In this document: positions 6,779-13,756 of the stretch, piece by piece
Numbering within the stretch: the stretch's first letter is position 1
Layout of the letters: each line of letters opens with the position of its first letter
Assembly (NCBI GenBank): GCA_037445915.1
Contig: JBBIJQ010000051.1
Location: 1-14,464 of the forward strand
Direction: 5' to 3'
Origin: Planctomycetales bacterium
Lineage (GTDB): Bacteria > 4484-113
DNA length: 14,464 nt
Position numbers and translations under genes: made by a program
Notes under the pieces: model-generated
What the model was told of the DNA's origin: nothing
Seen by the model: only the letters and a program-made list of their open reading frames with translations
Databases searched by the model: none

Positions 6779-7522
6779 ATGCAGCGGGACTCAATAGCAA
6801 TTGCGGTCATACTAAACGGCGGGACGCGCGACGGCAACTCCTACTGGCTTGTGCAGCGCCTAGTGGAACTTGGCTCGGAGGTCGGTATTATCGTCGTGCT
6901 GCCCGACAAGATGGACGTGCTCGTCCCCAATCTTCGCAAGCTTATGCAGGAATACCGCGCGGTCATTACCACCGGCGGCATCGGCCCTACGCACGACGAC
7001 CTCACGCGCGAAGCCGTCGCCGAGGCCTGCGGGCGCAAGCTTGTGCTCAACCAGGAGGCGTCGGACATGATAGGCGCGGCGCACAAGGGCGAGCTGACCG
7101 AGGTGCGACTGCGGATGGCGCACCTGCCCGAGGGCTGCAAGCTCATCGGCAATGTGCAGACAGGCGCGCCGGGATTCCATGTGGACAACGTTTACGTTTT
7201 CCCCGGCATACCGTCGCTTCTCTTTGCGATGTTTGAGGAAGTCGCGGAGGATTTTCGCGGTGGCCAGTTCTACAAGGAAAGTATCCGCGTGGATGCCGGC
7301 GAAAGCAAGTTCGCCGCCGAACTGGCGCAGGCCCAAGGGATTTATCCCGAAGTCGCCATAGGCAGCTACCCGAAATATGATGGTAAGGCGTGGGTTGAGG
7401 TCAGGCTTCGCAGCCGGGATGGGAAAAAGCTCAAGCAATGCTGCGATTGGCTGAAACCGCGCCTGAACGAAGTTGAGGAACGATGCCGCTGCGAAGAACG
7501 CGACCGCAAGAAGGAAGATTGA
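6779..7522 (+). CDS. CinA-like / COG1058 molybdopterin-binding (MoCF) domain protein, probable nucleotide pyrophosphatase; no C-terminal PncC domain
   Basis: VITTGGIGPTHDDLTREAVA, RMAHLP, APGF, VYVFPGIP, ESKFA, IGSYP are typical of the short ~250-aa competence/damage-inducible protein A family. Confidence 0.88.
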   Translation: MQRDSIAIAVILNGGTRDGNSYWLVQRLVELGSEVGIIVVLPDKMDVLVPNLRKLMQEYRAVITTGGIGPTHDDLTREAVAEACGRKLVLNQEASDMIGAAHKGELTEVRLRMAHLPEGCKLIGNVQTGAPGFHVDNVYVFPGIPSLLFAMFEEVAEDFRGGQFYKESIRVDAGESKFAAELAQAQGIYPEVAIGSYPKYDGKAWVEVRLRSRDGKKLKQCCDWLKPRLNEVEERCRCEERDRKKED

Positions 7523-7534
7523 TGGGCTTTCCAG

Positions 7535-7540
7535 TATAAT
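7535..7540 (+). promoter_or_regulatory. -10 box TATAAT 11 nt upstream of the flbD-like ATG
   Basis: ccagTATAATtaaacagccagATG in the 29-bp gap; perfect consensus in a GC-rich background, no SD. Confidence 0.5.
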
Positions 7541-7551
7541 TAAACAGCCAG

Positions 7552-7845
7552 ATGATTGAACTGACAACAACCGACGGCGTGAAGATACTCCTCAATCCAG
7601 ACCTGATTGAGTGCGTTGAGGAGGGGCAGGAGACGGCCATCCAGATGAACTCGGGGCGGCGCTATAAAGTGCAGGAAAGCGCACGGTTGGTCCTTGAGCT
7701 GATTCATAGATACCAAGAGCTCGTGCATGCGTTACCACTATCGGAAGCTGGAACTGCCAAAGGCGCGAGTGCAGCAGTAACCCGCCGGAAGCCGACCGGA
7801 GAAGAAGTGGAGACGGGAAGCGAAATCGGCAGCCTGCCGGACTAG
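7552..7845 (+). CDS. flbD: Flagellar FlbD (SwrD) family protein
   Basis: MIELTTTDG.KILLNPDLIECVEE..ETAIQMNSGRRYKVQES matches the FlbD pattern MI.LT.L.G....LN.DLIE.IE..PDT.I.L..G....V.ES, followed by a low-complexity tail. Confidence 0.8.
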   Translation: MIELTTTDGVKILLNPDLIECVEEGQETAIQMNSGRRYKVQESARLVLELIHRYQELVHALPLSEAGTAKGASAAVTRRKPTGEEVETGSEIGSLPD

Positions 7846-8936
7846 CTGTTAGGGTCGCATCCGCTAGAACCCCGCGCAGGCAACCCAAACTCCTCGCGCT
7901 TGAAAACCAGCACATTAAGCACAATCTTAACCGCTGCGGTCACGGGCAGCGCCATTAGCACTCCAACCAGCCCAAAAACCTGCGCGCCAATTATCATTGC
8001 AATAATGACGGTGAGCGGGTGCAGATCCATGTTCTTGCCCATTATCCGGGGAACGAGGAAGTTGTTCTCAAACAGGTGTAGCAGTGCGTAGAAAATAATT
8101 ACCAGGACAAGCTTCCAGGGGCTTATCGTGAGGGCGAGAAGGCCGGCGGGAACGAAGCCAATTATCGGCCCCGCCATTGGCACAAGCTCTGCTATGCCAG
8201 CGATAATGCCCAGCAGCACGGCATACTTCACTCCGAGCACGGTCAATCCTATCGCGACCATCGTTCCCATAATCAGCGAAAGCATTAGCTGGCCACGGAC
8301 ATACCGGCCCAGCATCAGGTTCATCTGCCAGATTGTCGTCTCAATGCGCTCGTTGTAGGCCCGTGGGAATAGGAGCTTGAAGGCGCGCTTGAACCTCTCC
8401 GCGTCAACCAGGAAGTAGAACCCCATTAGCGGAATCAGCACAAGGCCCAGCAGGAAGGTGACAGTGCCGCTGATGGTGCGGGAGACGAACGAGTATGAGT
8501 GCTGAAGAGTCGCCGGAAGGTTAGTTTTGATGCTATCAACGAACTGGTAAAAGTACTCCCGGAATGCAAACTGCTGCGTACTTTCCGGGAAGTAGCTTAT
8601 AAAAAGCGCATTAAGGCGAGTTTCCATGCTTTCAAGGGCATGCGGTATTTCGCCGACGAGTTGAGTCGCTTCGGTGTAGATTATGGGCACAGTTATCCCG
8701 ACCAACACCAGCCCGAATAGGAATAGCCCGAGGAATACGATTATTATCGCCAGGCTCCGGGGGACGCGGTGCCGACGAAGCCATCTGACCGGCGGGTGCG
8801 CGAGGTACGCAAGCAGGACGGCGATGATAATGAAAACGAATATGTTGCGTATCTGGTAGATAAAAAGCAGGCCGATAACGACCACTGCTACCACAAGCGT
8901 TTTACGGAAAAAATCCTTCAATGAACCTTCAGCCAT
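7842..8936 (-). CDS. AI-2E (PerM/UPF0118) family transporter
   Basis: 364-aa polytopic protein with LLAYLAHPPVRWL, FYFLVD, YVRGQL, ELVPMAGPIIG, ENNFLVPRIMG..MDLHP, FGLVGVLMALP; GGAGG just upstream of the ATG. Confidence 0.93.
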   Translation of the reverse strand: MAEGSLKDFFRKTLVVAVVVIGLLFIYQIRNIFVFIIIAVLLAYLAHPPVRWLRRHRVPRSLAIIIVFLGLFLFGLVLVGITVPIIYTEATQLVGEIPHALESMETRLNALFISYFPESTQQFAFREYFYQFVDSIKTNLPATLQHSYSFVSRTISGTVTFLLGLVLIPLMGFYFLVDAERFKRAFKLLFPRAYNERIETTIWQMNLMLGRYVRGQLMLSLIMGTMVAIGLTVLGVKYAVLLGIIAGIAELVPMAGPIIGFVPAGLLALTISPWKLVLVIIFYALLHLFENNFLVPRIMGKNMDLHPLTVIIAMIIGAQVFGLVGVLMALPVTAAVKIVLNVLVFKREEFGLPARGSSGCDPNS

Positions 8937-8950
8937 TTGCCCTCCGCGGT

Positions 8951-8963
8951 ATTTTACCAGATA
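8951..8963 (-). promoter_or_regulatory. Extended -10 promoter (TGgTAAAAT) for the AI-2E gene; left arm of a 13-bp inverted repeat
   Basis: Minus strand reads TATCTGGTAAAAT, ending 14 nt before ATG 8936. Confidence 0.55.
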
Positions 8964-9137
8964 ACACGGTTAGTTAGTTAGATGCGGCAGAAGGCGAAAT
9001 AGTTGCGTGCGGTGAGTTGTTCACAGGTTATCCGCGAAGAATGAACCTGTTATCACCAGAGGGAGGGTTGGCTTGCGCCAGTAAACCCCTGCCTGTGATA
9101 CGCGCGGGCGGGCGACTTGGCCTGAATGCCTGCCGTA

Positions 9138-9150
9138 TATCTGGTAAAAT
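9138..9150 (+). promoter_or_regulatory. Extended -10 promoter (TGgTAAAAT) upstream of the ECF sigma gene; right arm of the 13-bp inverted repeat
   Basis: Plus strand TATCTGGTAAAAT, identical to the reverse complement of 8951-8963. Confidence 0.55.
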
Positions 9151-9152
9151 CA

Positions 9153-9180
9153 GGAACCTTTGGCGCGCGTCAGCGTCTAA
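9153..9180 (+). promoter_or_regulatory. ECF (RpoE/AlgU-like) autoregulatory promoter
   Basis: gGAACCT-N16-TCTAA (9154-9159, 9176-9180; -10 context CGTCTAA) closely matches the GAACTT-N16-TCTAA consensus and ends 10 nt before the sigma ATG. Confidence 0.75.
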
Positions 9181-9190
9181 TACTAGAGGA

Positions 9191-9802
9191 ATGGAACTGG
9201 CTGTAGTTGATAAAACCGGTTCTTTCAATCCGCCCGATGTGGACGAGATTCTCGCCCGCTGTTCTACGGGCGACCTTGACGCGTTTGACACGCTTATCAA
9301 CCGCTACCAGCGCTTCGTGTTCAACATCATCTACCAGCACTTAGGAAGCTCGGACGATGTTGACGATATAGCCCAGGAAGTCTTTCTGCGAGTTTTCAAG
9401 TTCATCAACCATTACCGCGGACAGGCGAGCTTTGAAACATGGCTTTATAAAGTCGCGTTGAACTATGTGCGCACCCACCAGCGGCGCAAGTCGGTTATCG
9501 GGCGGTTCTTCATGGACACGCCCGAGCACGAGGACGAAACAGGCAAGACTTTTGATACAATCGGCCGGCTGGCCGACACAGCCGAAGATCCGGCGACATC
9601 TTTGGAGCACGGCCGCATCGCCGAGGAGATAATGGAAGTCGTGCGCAAGATGCCGCAGATGTACCGCGAAGTCCTAATCATGCGCGAAGTAAGCGAGATG
9701 AGCTACGAGGAAATCGCCGAAGTCCTGGGCTCAAGCCAGGGAACAATCAAAAGCAGGCTTAACCGCGCGCGCGAGATCGTGCGCCGGAAGGTGAGAATAT
9801 AA
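9191..9802 (+). CDS. ECF-family RNA polymerase sigma-70 factor (RpoE/SigW-like)
   Basis: Region 2 (GDLDAFDTLINRYQ, DDIAQEVFLRVF, ASFETWLYKVALN) and region 4 (YREVLIMRE..EMSYEEIAEVLG...GTIKSRLNRAR). Start moved to ATG 9191, downstream of the ECF promoter. Confidence 0.95.
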   Translation: MELAVVDKTGSFNPPDVDEILARCSTGDLDAFDTLINRYQRFVFNIIYQHLGSSDDVDDIAQEVFLRVFKFINHYRGQASFETWLYKVALNYVRTHQRRKSVIGRFFMDTPEHEDETGKTFDTIGRLADTAEDPATSLEHGRIAEEIMEVVRKMPQMYREVLIMREVSEMSYEEIAEVLGSSQGTIKSRLNRAREIVRRKVRI

Positions 9803-10743
9803 TGGACTGCCGCGAATTCAGGCGCTTTGTTTGGGAAGAGCTTGACGGAGTTCTTGGCGGAGCGCGCCTGGAGAAGTTCAATGAGCACCGCCGCAGCTGT
9901 CCTGCCTGCGAGCGCGAGTATTTCAAGCAGCGGCGGCTAATGCTTTACATGAAGGCGTTCCCGACCGTCGGGAACGTCAGCGACAACTTCCGCCGCGAGC
10001 TGGTTACACGGGTGCGCAACGGCGACTTGCGCTCTCATTACCGGCTTAACTACGCGCGAATAAGCGCGACTATGGTGCTCTTCGCCGTCGTGCTGACTGG
10101 AGTTCTTTTCGCGGTGAACTCCTACCGCGAGTATATGGTAGGCGCGACAATCTTTATCGCACGCTATCCAGAAGGCACCGAGGCGGTTAAGGGCGTTAAC
10201 CTCCCCAGCCTTGAATACGAATTGCAGCTTCGCGCGGACGCCCCCGTTTACGCGCTATCGCTTCCCAATTTGCGCACAGAGGACTTTGTGCTAAAGCTCC
10301 TTGCAAACTATGAAAATGGCGAAGCATCCGAACGGCTGTTATCAGTGCTTGCAGAGAAGACCGGCCTTCTTAACGGGGTGTCTATGCACCTCCAGCAACC
10401 TTCCGCCATCGCGCCAATCATCGGGCAGCCCGCGCAGACGGTCGTCATGTTCCCCAAGCCTTTGCCGAATTTCATCGTGGTCTATGTGGAACGCGAGGAC
10501 TTGATTGAGCTAAGGAAGTTCGCGCTGGACGTAATCAACACTTACGGAAAAGTCGCCACACCATTTATATCAGCGCCACAGGCCTCGCCAAGGCTAATGG
10601 ATGCCCTCAGGCAGCAATATCCGCTGGTAGATGTTGTTGATGTGGGCGGCGGGTCGTTCAATGTGAACGCACTGCCGGGCGGCGAGATGCCGCTCGTGAT
10701 GACTTTCGGCCAGTTCCAGCCCCCAATTCCCCCAGCTAGTTAG
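9802..10743 (+). CDS. Zinc-binding (zf-HC2/ZAS) transmembrane anti-sigma factor
   Basis: MDC...HRRSCPAC (HxxxCxxC); one TM helix (ISATMVLFAVVLTGVLFAV); ~200-aa extracytoplasmic domain I do not recognise; TAATG coupling to the sigma stop. Confidence 0.88.
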   Translation: MDCREFRRFVWEELDGVLGGARLEKFNEHRRSCPACEREYFKQRRLMLYMKAFPTVGNVSDNFRRELVTRVRNGDLRSHYRLNYARISATMVLFAVVLTGVLFAVNSYREYMVGATIFIARYPEGTEAVKGVNLPSLEYELQLRADAPVYALSLPNLRTEDFVLKLLANYENGEASERLLSVLAEKTGLLNGVSMHLQQPSAIAPIIGQPAQTVVMFPKPLPNFIVVYVEREDLIELRKFALDVINTYGKVATPFISAPQASPRLMDALRQQYPLVDVVDVGGGSFNVNALPGGEMPLVMTFGQFQPPIPPAS

Positions 10744-11278
10744 GCTTCTTCAAGTCGCTGAACTTGCCTTCGGGATGGCAGTATACATATTCCAACGCAC
10801 AGCCGTTGAAGCACCCGCCCAAATCAAAGCAGACATGGTGCTGCGCTTTGCCGCATACCGGGCAAACTACAAGTTCCTCGTCGCCCGACATCTCAATCTG
10901 GCAGTGCGGGCAGCTAAATCCAACCGCATTTTCGGCAGCCCCGCGAAGAGTGTCCCGCGCGCTTTCCTGGGCCAATTGCTTCGCTTCCGCGCGCTGCGTC
11001 TCAAGCCCTTGTTGCACTGCCAGCCGATGCGCCATTTCCTCGGCGCGCTCGCCTTCAACTTTCTTATTCCTCGCCAGCCGCATCAGCTCGGCCCGCGCCT
11101 TCAGCGCGCTGTCTTTTGTATAGGCTGGATTGCCTTCTAGCATGTTTCTCTTCAGTATATGGACGGCGATGAAAGCCGCGATGGAGAAGACTATGACGAC
11201 TACGAGGCTAACCCCGACTATCTGCATAGCCTGGGTAGCCGCTTCGTTGGTAACCTGCAGAGCCAAAGCATCAACCAT
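10736..11278 (-). CDS. Membrane-anchored protein with predicted coiled coil and C-terminal prokaryotic RING-finger (Prok-RING_1-like) domain
   Basis: TM helix IVGVSLVVVIVFSIAAFIAVHIL; A/E/R/Q-rich helix; CPHC-x12-CPVC-x4-HHVC-x5-C-x3-C. Start placed at ATG 11278 (AAGGTG 6 nt upstream, overlapping the upstream stop). Confidence 0.75.
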   Translation of the reverse strand: MVDALALQVTNEAATQAMQIVGVSLVVVIVFSIAAFIAVHILKRNMLEGNPAYTKDSALKARAELMRLARNKKVEGERAEEMAHRLAVQQGLETQRAEAKQLAQESARDTLRGAAENAVGFSCPHCQIEMSGDEELVVCPVCGKAQHHVCFDLGGCFNGCALEYVYCHPEGKFSDLKKPN

Positions 11279-11723
11279 TGCCATCACCTTCTCTATTGTT
11301 AGCATCGCCGCGCTGCTTCTTTTCATCCACCTTGCGCATCTCTTCAAGGAGATTATCTAAGTCTGGTTTTGCCAGCTTGTCAGCGCGCGCGAAGAGGGAT
11401 GATATCAGCCGCATCCGCCAGTATAGGAAGTAGAGCAGAAGCGTTACCAGCAGGGCAAGCAGGACGACAAGCATCCAAAGCCCCTGGAGGCTTAAGAACC
11501 AATCAAGCATTACGCCTGCAAGCAGGAGCACGATGATGATGAAAACTGCTATCTCAGCCAGAATTGAAGGTAACAGCTTCTGCCTGCGAAGCGAGGAGTA
11601 GAAACTGAACTCAAATGGGACAGCCGCTATCGCCAGCGAAAAAAATACAACTAGGAGAACGAGCGCTACTATCCTGCCTTCAGGAGACTGCGCCGGAAGC
11701 ACAAGTTGGATTGGTAAGGCCAA
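11271..11723 (-). CDS. Hypothetical membrane protein (3 TM helices, charged C-terminal tail)
   Basis: Three hydrophobic stretches; the TTG start lies 1 nt after the upstream stop and the ORF fills the operon gap exactly. Confidence 0.7.
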   Translation of the reverse strand: MALPIQLVLPAQSPEGRIVALVLLVVFFSLAIAAVPFEFSFYSSLRRQKLLPSILAEIAVFIIIVLLLAGVMLDWFLSLQGLWMLVVLLALLVTLLLYFLYWRMRLISSLFARADKLAKPDLDNLLEEMRKVDEKKQRGDANNREGDGNG

Positions 11724-11724
11724 G

Positions 11725-12873
11725 CTACCGTCCCGTTGCAGGCTTATCAGAGTTCAGGATCACCTTGATATCGCGGAACTCGCCGTGGGTAGGGATTGTG
11801 CGCTTTAGCTCGCCGCTATCCGAATCCATAACAAAGACGTTCCCTGAATCCATGCTGACCGCGTAGATTTCCAATCCATCAGGGCTTACCGCTATCAGCG
11901 TGGGCGCTTCAGGAGTCTTATGCGCCTTGACGACTTTGAGGCTTGCCACTTCAATGACCGCAACCTCCTTGGACTCCATTACCGGCGCGTAAAGGGTCGT
12001 CGCGTCAGGGCTTAGCGCCATATTGCGGAAGCGCTTGTAAACCACCCGGCCGACGATGTTAATATCTTTCGCGTCTTTTGCTTTGTTGAAAACGGCGATG
12101 GATTCGTTGCTAATGCTGGAAACGAAGAAGTAGTCGCCTTGTTCAGGATAGAGTAGCCCCATAGGCGCGGCTTCAATATCAATAGTGCGCACGAGCTTTT
12201 TCTGCGACATGCTAAAGATGAAAAGCTCGGATGCCTTCGCGTCAAGGCAGAATATGTTCTCGCCCCACTCGTCAACCGCGATAAACGCCGTTAACGACAA
12301 GTTGCGCTCGTGGTATACCACCCGCTTGCGGGTAGGGTCTGCGGTGGAGGCTTGCTTTAGGTCCAGCACATCAAACCCACCGGCCATAAAGTCGGTTTTG
12401 TTGCCCATAATAACGGCCAAGTACCGGTCATCAGGGAATATGGCCAGCCCTTGCGGGACACCTTCAACGATTAATTGGTCGGCTTTGAGGTAAGAGCGCG
12501 TGTCAATGAGCGTGATGCGGTTGCTCACGTCAACAACATTGGCGACAAAGGCGGTGTCCTTGCGGTGGTTGAATATGACCTGCTGCAAGCCGTCCGCTAC
12601 CAGCATCTCTTTATCTGATTCACCAGTGTCGGGGTTAATAACGATTAGCTGGTCGGGGCCGTGGTTTAGCATCCACAGCCGGACGCCCCGGTCTTGTGGC
12701 GGGCGCAGGAAGACGGCCGCAAACACGACGATAAACAAGATACCGACGATTGTGACTATGAGCAGATCGCGCCCGGTGCGCATGCCGCGAGCACGTGAAT
12801 CTACAGGCTTGCGGACGCCGGATATGAGGCCGGGCCGCCTGCCCCCTGGAGTTTTACCTATAGTTTTGACCAT
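11725..12873 (-). CDS. Membrane-anchored YVTN/YncE-type beta-propeller protein
   Basis: Basic N-tail, TM helix LLIVTIVGILFIVVFAAVF, then ~42-aa repeats (AFVANV..SNRITLIDT; PQGLAIFPDDRYLAV; MALSPDATTLYA..VAVIEVAS; PTLIAVSPDGLEIYAV..SGNVFVMD). ATG lies 2 nt after the rsmI stop. Confidence 0.85.
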   Translation of the reverse strand: MVKTIGKTPGGRRPGLISGVRKPVDSRARGMRTGRDLLIVTIVGILFIVVFAAVFLRPPQDRGVRLWMLNHGPDQLIVINPDTGESDKEMLVADGLQQVIFNHRKDTAFVANVVDVSNRITLIDTRSYLKADQLIVEGVPQGLAIFPDDRYLAVIMGNKTDFMAGGFDVLDLKQASTADPTRKRVVYHERNLSLTAFIAVDEWGENIFCLDAKASELFIFSMSQKKLVRTIDIEAAPMGLLYPEQGDYFFVSSISNESIAVFNKAKDAKDINIVGRVVYKRFRNMALSPDATTLYAPVMESKEVAVIEVASLKVVKAHKTPEAPTLIAVSPDGLEIYAVSMDSGNVFVMDSDSGELKRTIPTHGEFRDIKVILNSDKPATGR

Positions 12874-12875
12874 TG

Positions 12876-13736
12876 TTATGCAGTCCCGCGCTTCGCGCGG
12901 GCTTCTTTATTATACACAGCATCGCGGATTTCGGACTTAGCCGACGGGAACAGCGCAGTGAGCACGCGCATTTTGTCCCGCGCTGACAGGTCAAGCGCAT
13001 TGACCGCCTTTAGGGCATCCTCAAAGCCCAGCATCGCGCCTGCTTCCTTCGCCGAAGGCTGTTCCGGCGGCAAAAAGATGAGCGTCAACTCGCCGCGCGG
13101 ATTTTCCTGTGCTAGGGCAACAAGCCCATTCAGCGTCACCAACCGCACATCCTGATACAGCTTCGTCAGCTCACGGCACACAAGCACCTGCGTCTCCGGC
13201 GGCATTTCTGCTGCGACAACGTCGGCAAGCTTCGGCAGGTCGTGCGGGCCGATGAATACGACGCAGGGATGTCCCAGTTTGGTCATTTCTCCAGCGAGCT
13301 GCTCCAAATCGCGGCGCTTCTTGCCGGGGAAGGACATGAACGTGAAAGCGAGCGGATGCACGGGAAGAAACGCCAGCGCGGTTGCCAACGCTGACGGACC
13401 GGGGATGACGTCAACCGCCAGCCCCTCGGCGCAGCACATCGCCACCAGCTCCGGTCCGGGGTCGGCGCAGCCCGGCATCCCCGCGTCGGTTATGTATGCA
13501 ACGTCCTTGCCCGCGAGCAGGCTGTCGCGCACGCGCGCTACAACGGTGTCACAGCTGAACTGGTGGAAGCTGCCCGTGGGCTTGCTTATGCCGTGCGCGA
13601 AAAGGAGCTTGCGCGAATGGCGGGTGTCCTCACAGTAGATGACATCGCAGGCGCGCAGCGTTTCCAGCGCTCGCAGCGTTATGTCCTTCAAGTTGCCTAT
13701 CGGCGTCCCGACGAGATATAGCGTCCCAGGGGGCAT
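12876..13736 (-). CDS. rsmI: 16S rRNA (cytidine(1402)-2'-O)-methyltransferase
   Basis: GTLYLVGTPIGNLKDITLRALETL, CEDTRHS, TDAGMPGCADPG, IPGPSA, CRELTKLY, RGELTL. Confidence 0.95.
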   Translation of the reverse strand: MPPGTLYLVGTPIGNLKDITLRALETLRACDVIYCEDTRHSRKLLFAHGISKPTGSFHQFSCDTVVARVRDSLLAGKDVAYITDAGMPGCADPGPELVAMCCAEGLAVDVIPGPSALATALAFLPVHPLAFTFMSFPGKKRRDLEQLAGEMTKLGHPCVVFIGPHDLPKLADVVAAEMPPETQVLVCRELTKLYQDVRLVTLNGLVALAQENPRGELTLIFLPPEQPSAKEAGAMLGFEDALKAVNALDLSARDKMRVLTALFPSAKSEIRDAVYNKEARAKRGTA

Positions 13737-13742
13737 AGTGGG

Positions 13743-13751
13743 ATTGTAACA
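13743..13751 (-). promoter_or_regulatory. Extended -10 promoter (TGtTACAAT) 6 nt before the rsmI ATG; probable leaderless transcript
   Basis: Minus strand reads ctTGTTACAAT-like core tgtTACAATcccactATG in the 20-bp gap; no SD. Confidence 0.65.
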
Positions 13752-13756
13752 GAGTG

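Noticed and set aside
8968..8981. Short tandem repeat ggttagttagttag
   Set aside because: Only three 4-nt units; too short to support slipped-strand phase variation.
9017..9036. DnaA-box-like 9-mers ttgttcaca and ttatccgcg
   Set aside because: Only two boxes, each mismatched to the consensus, with no AT-rich unwinding element or oriC-type gene context.
9017..9190. 58-aa N-terminal extension of the sigma factor (likewise the extensions of accC, NHL, ribE and the RING gene)
   Set aside because: The extensions cover promoter elements or upstream genes; family homology and start signals begin at the downstream starts.
13230..13350. Divergent RsmI segments (SFPG for GFLP, FIGPHD for YESPHR)
   Set aside because: Core N-terminal and SAM-binding motifs are intact; consistent with ordinary divergence.
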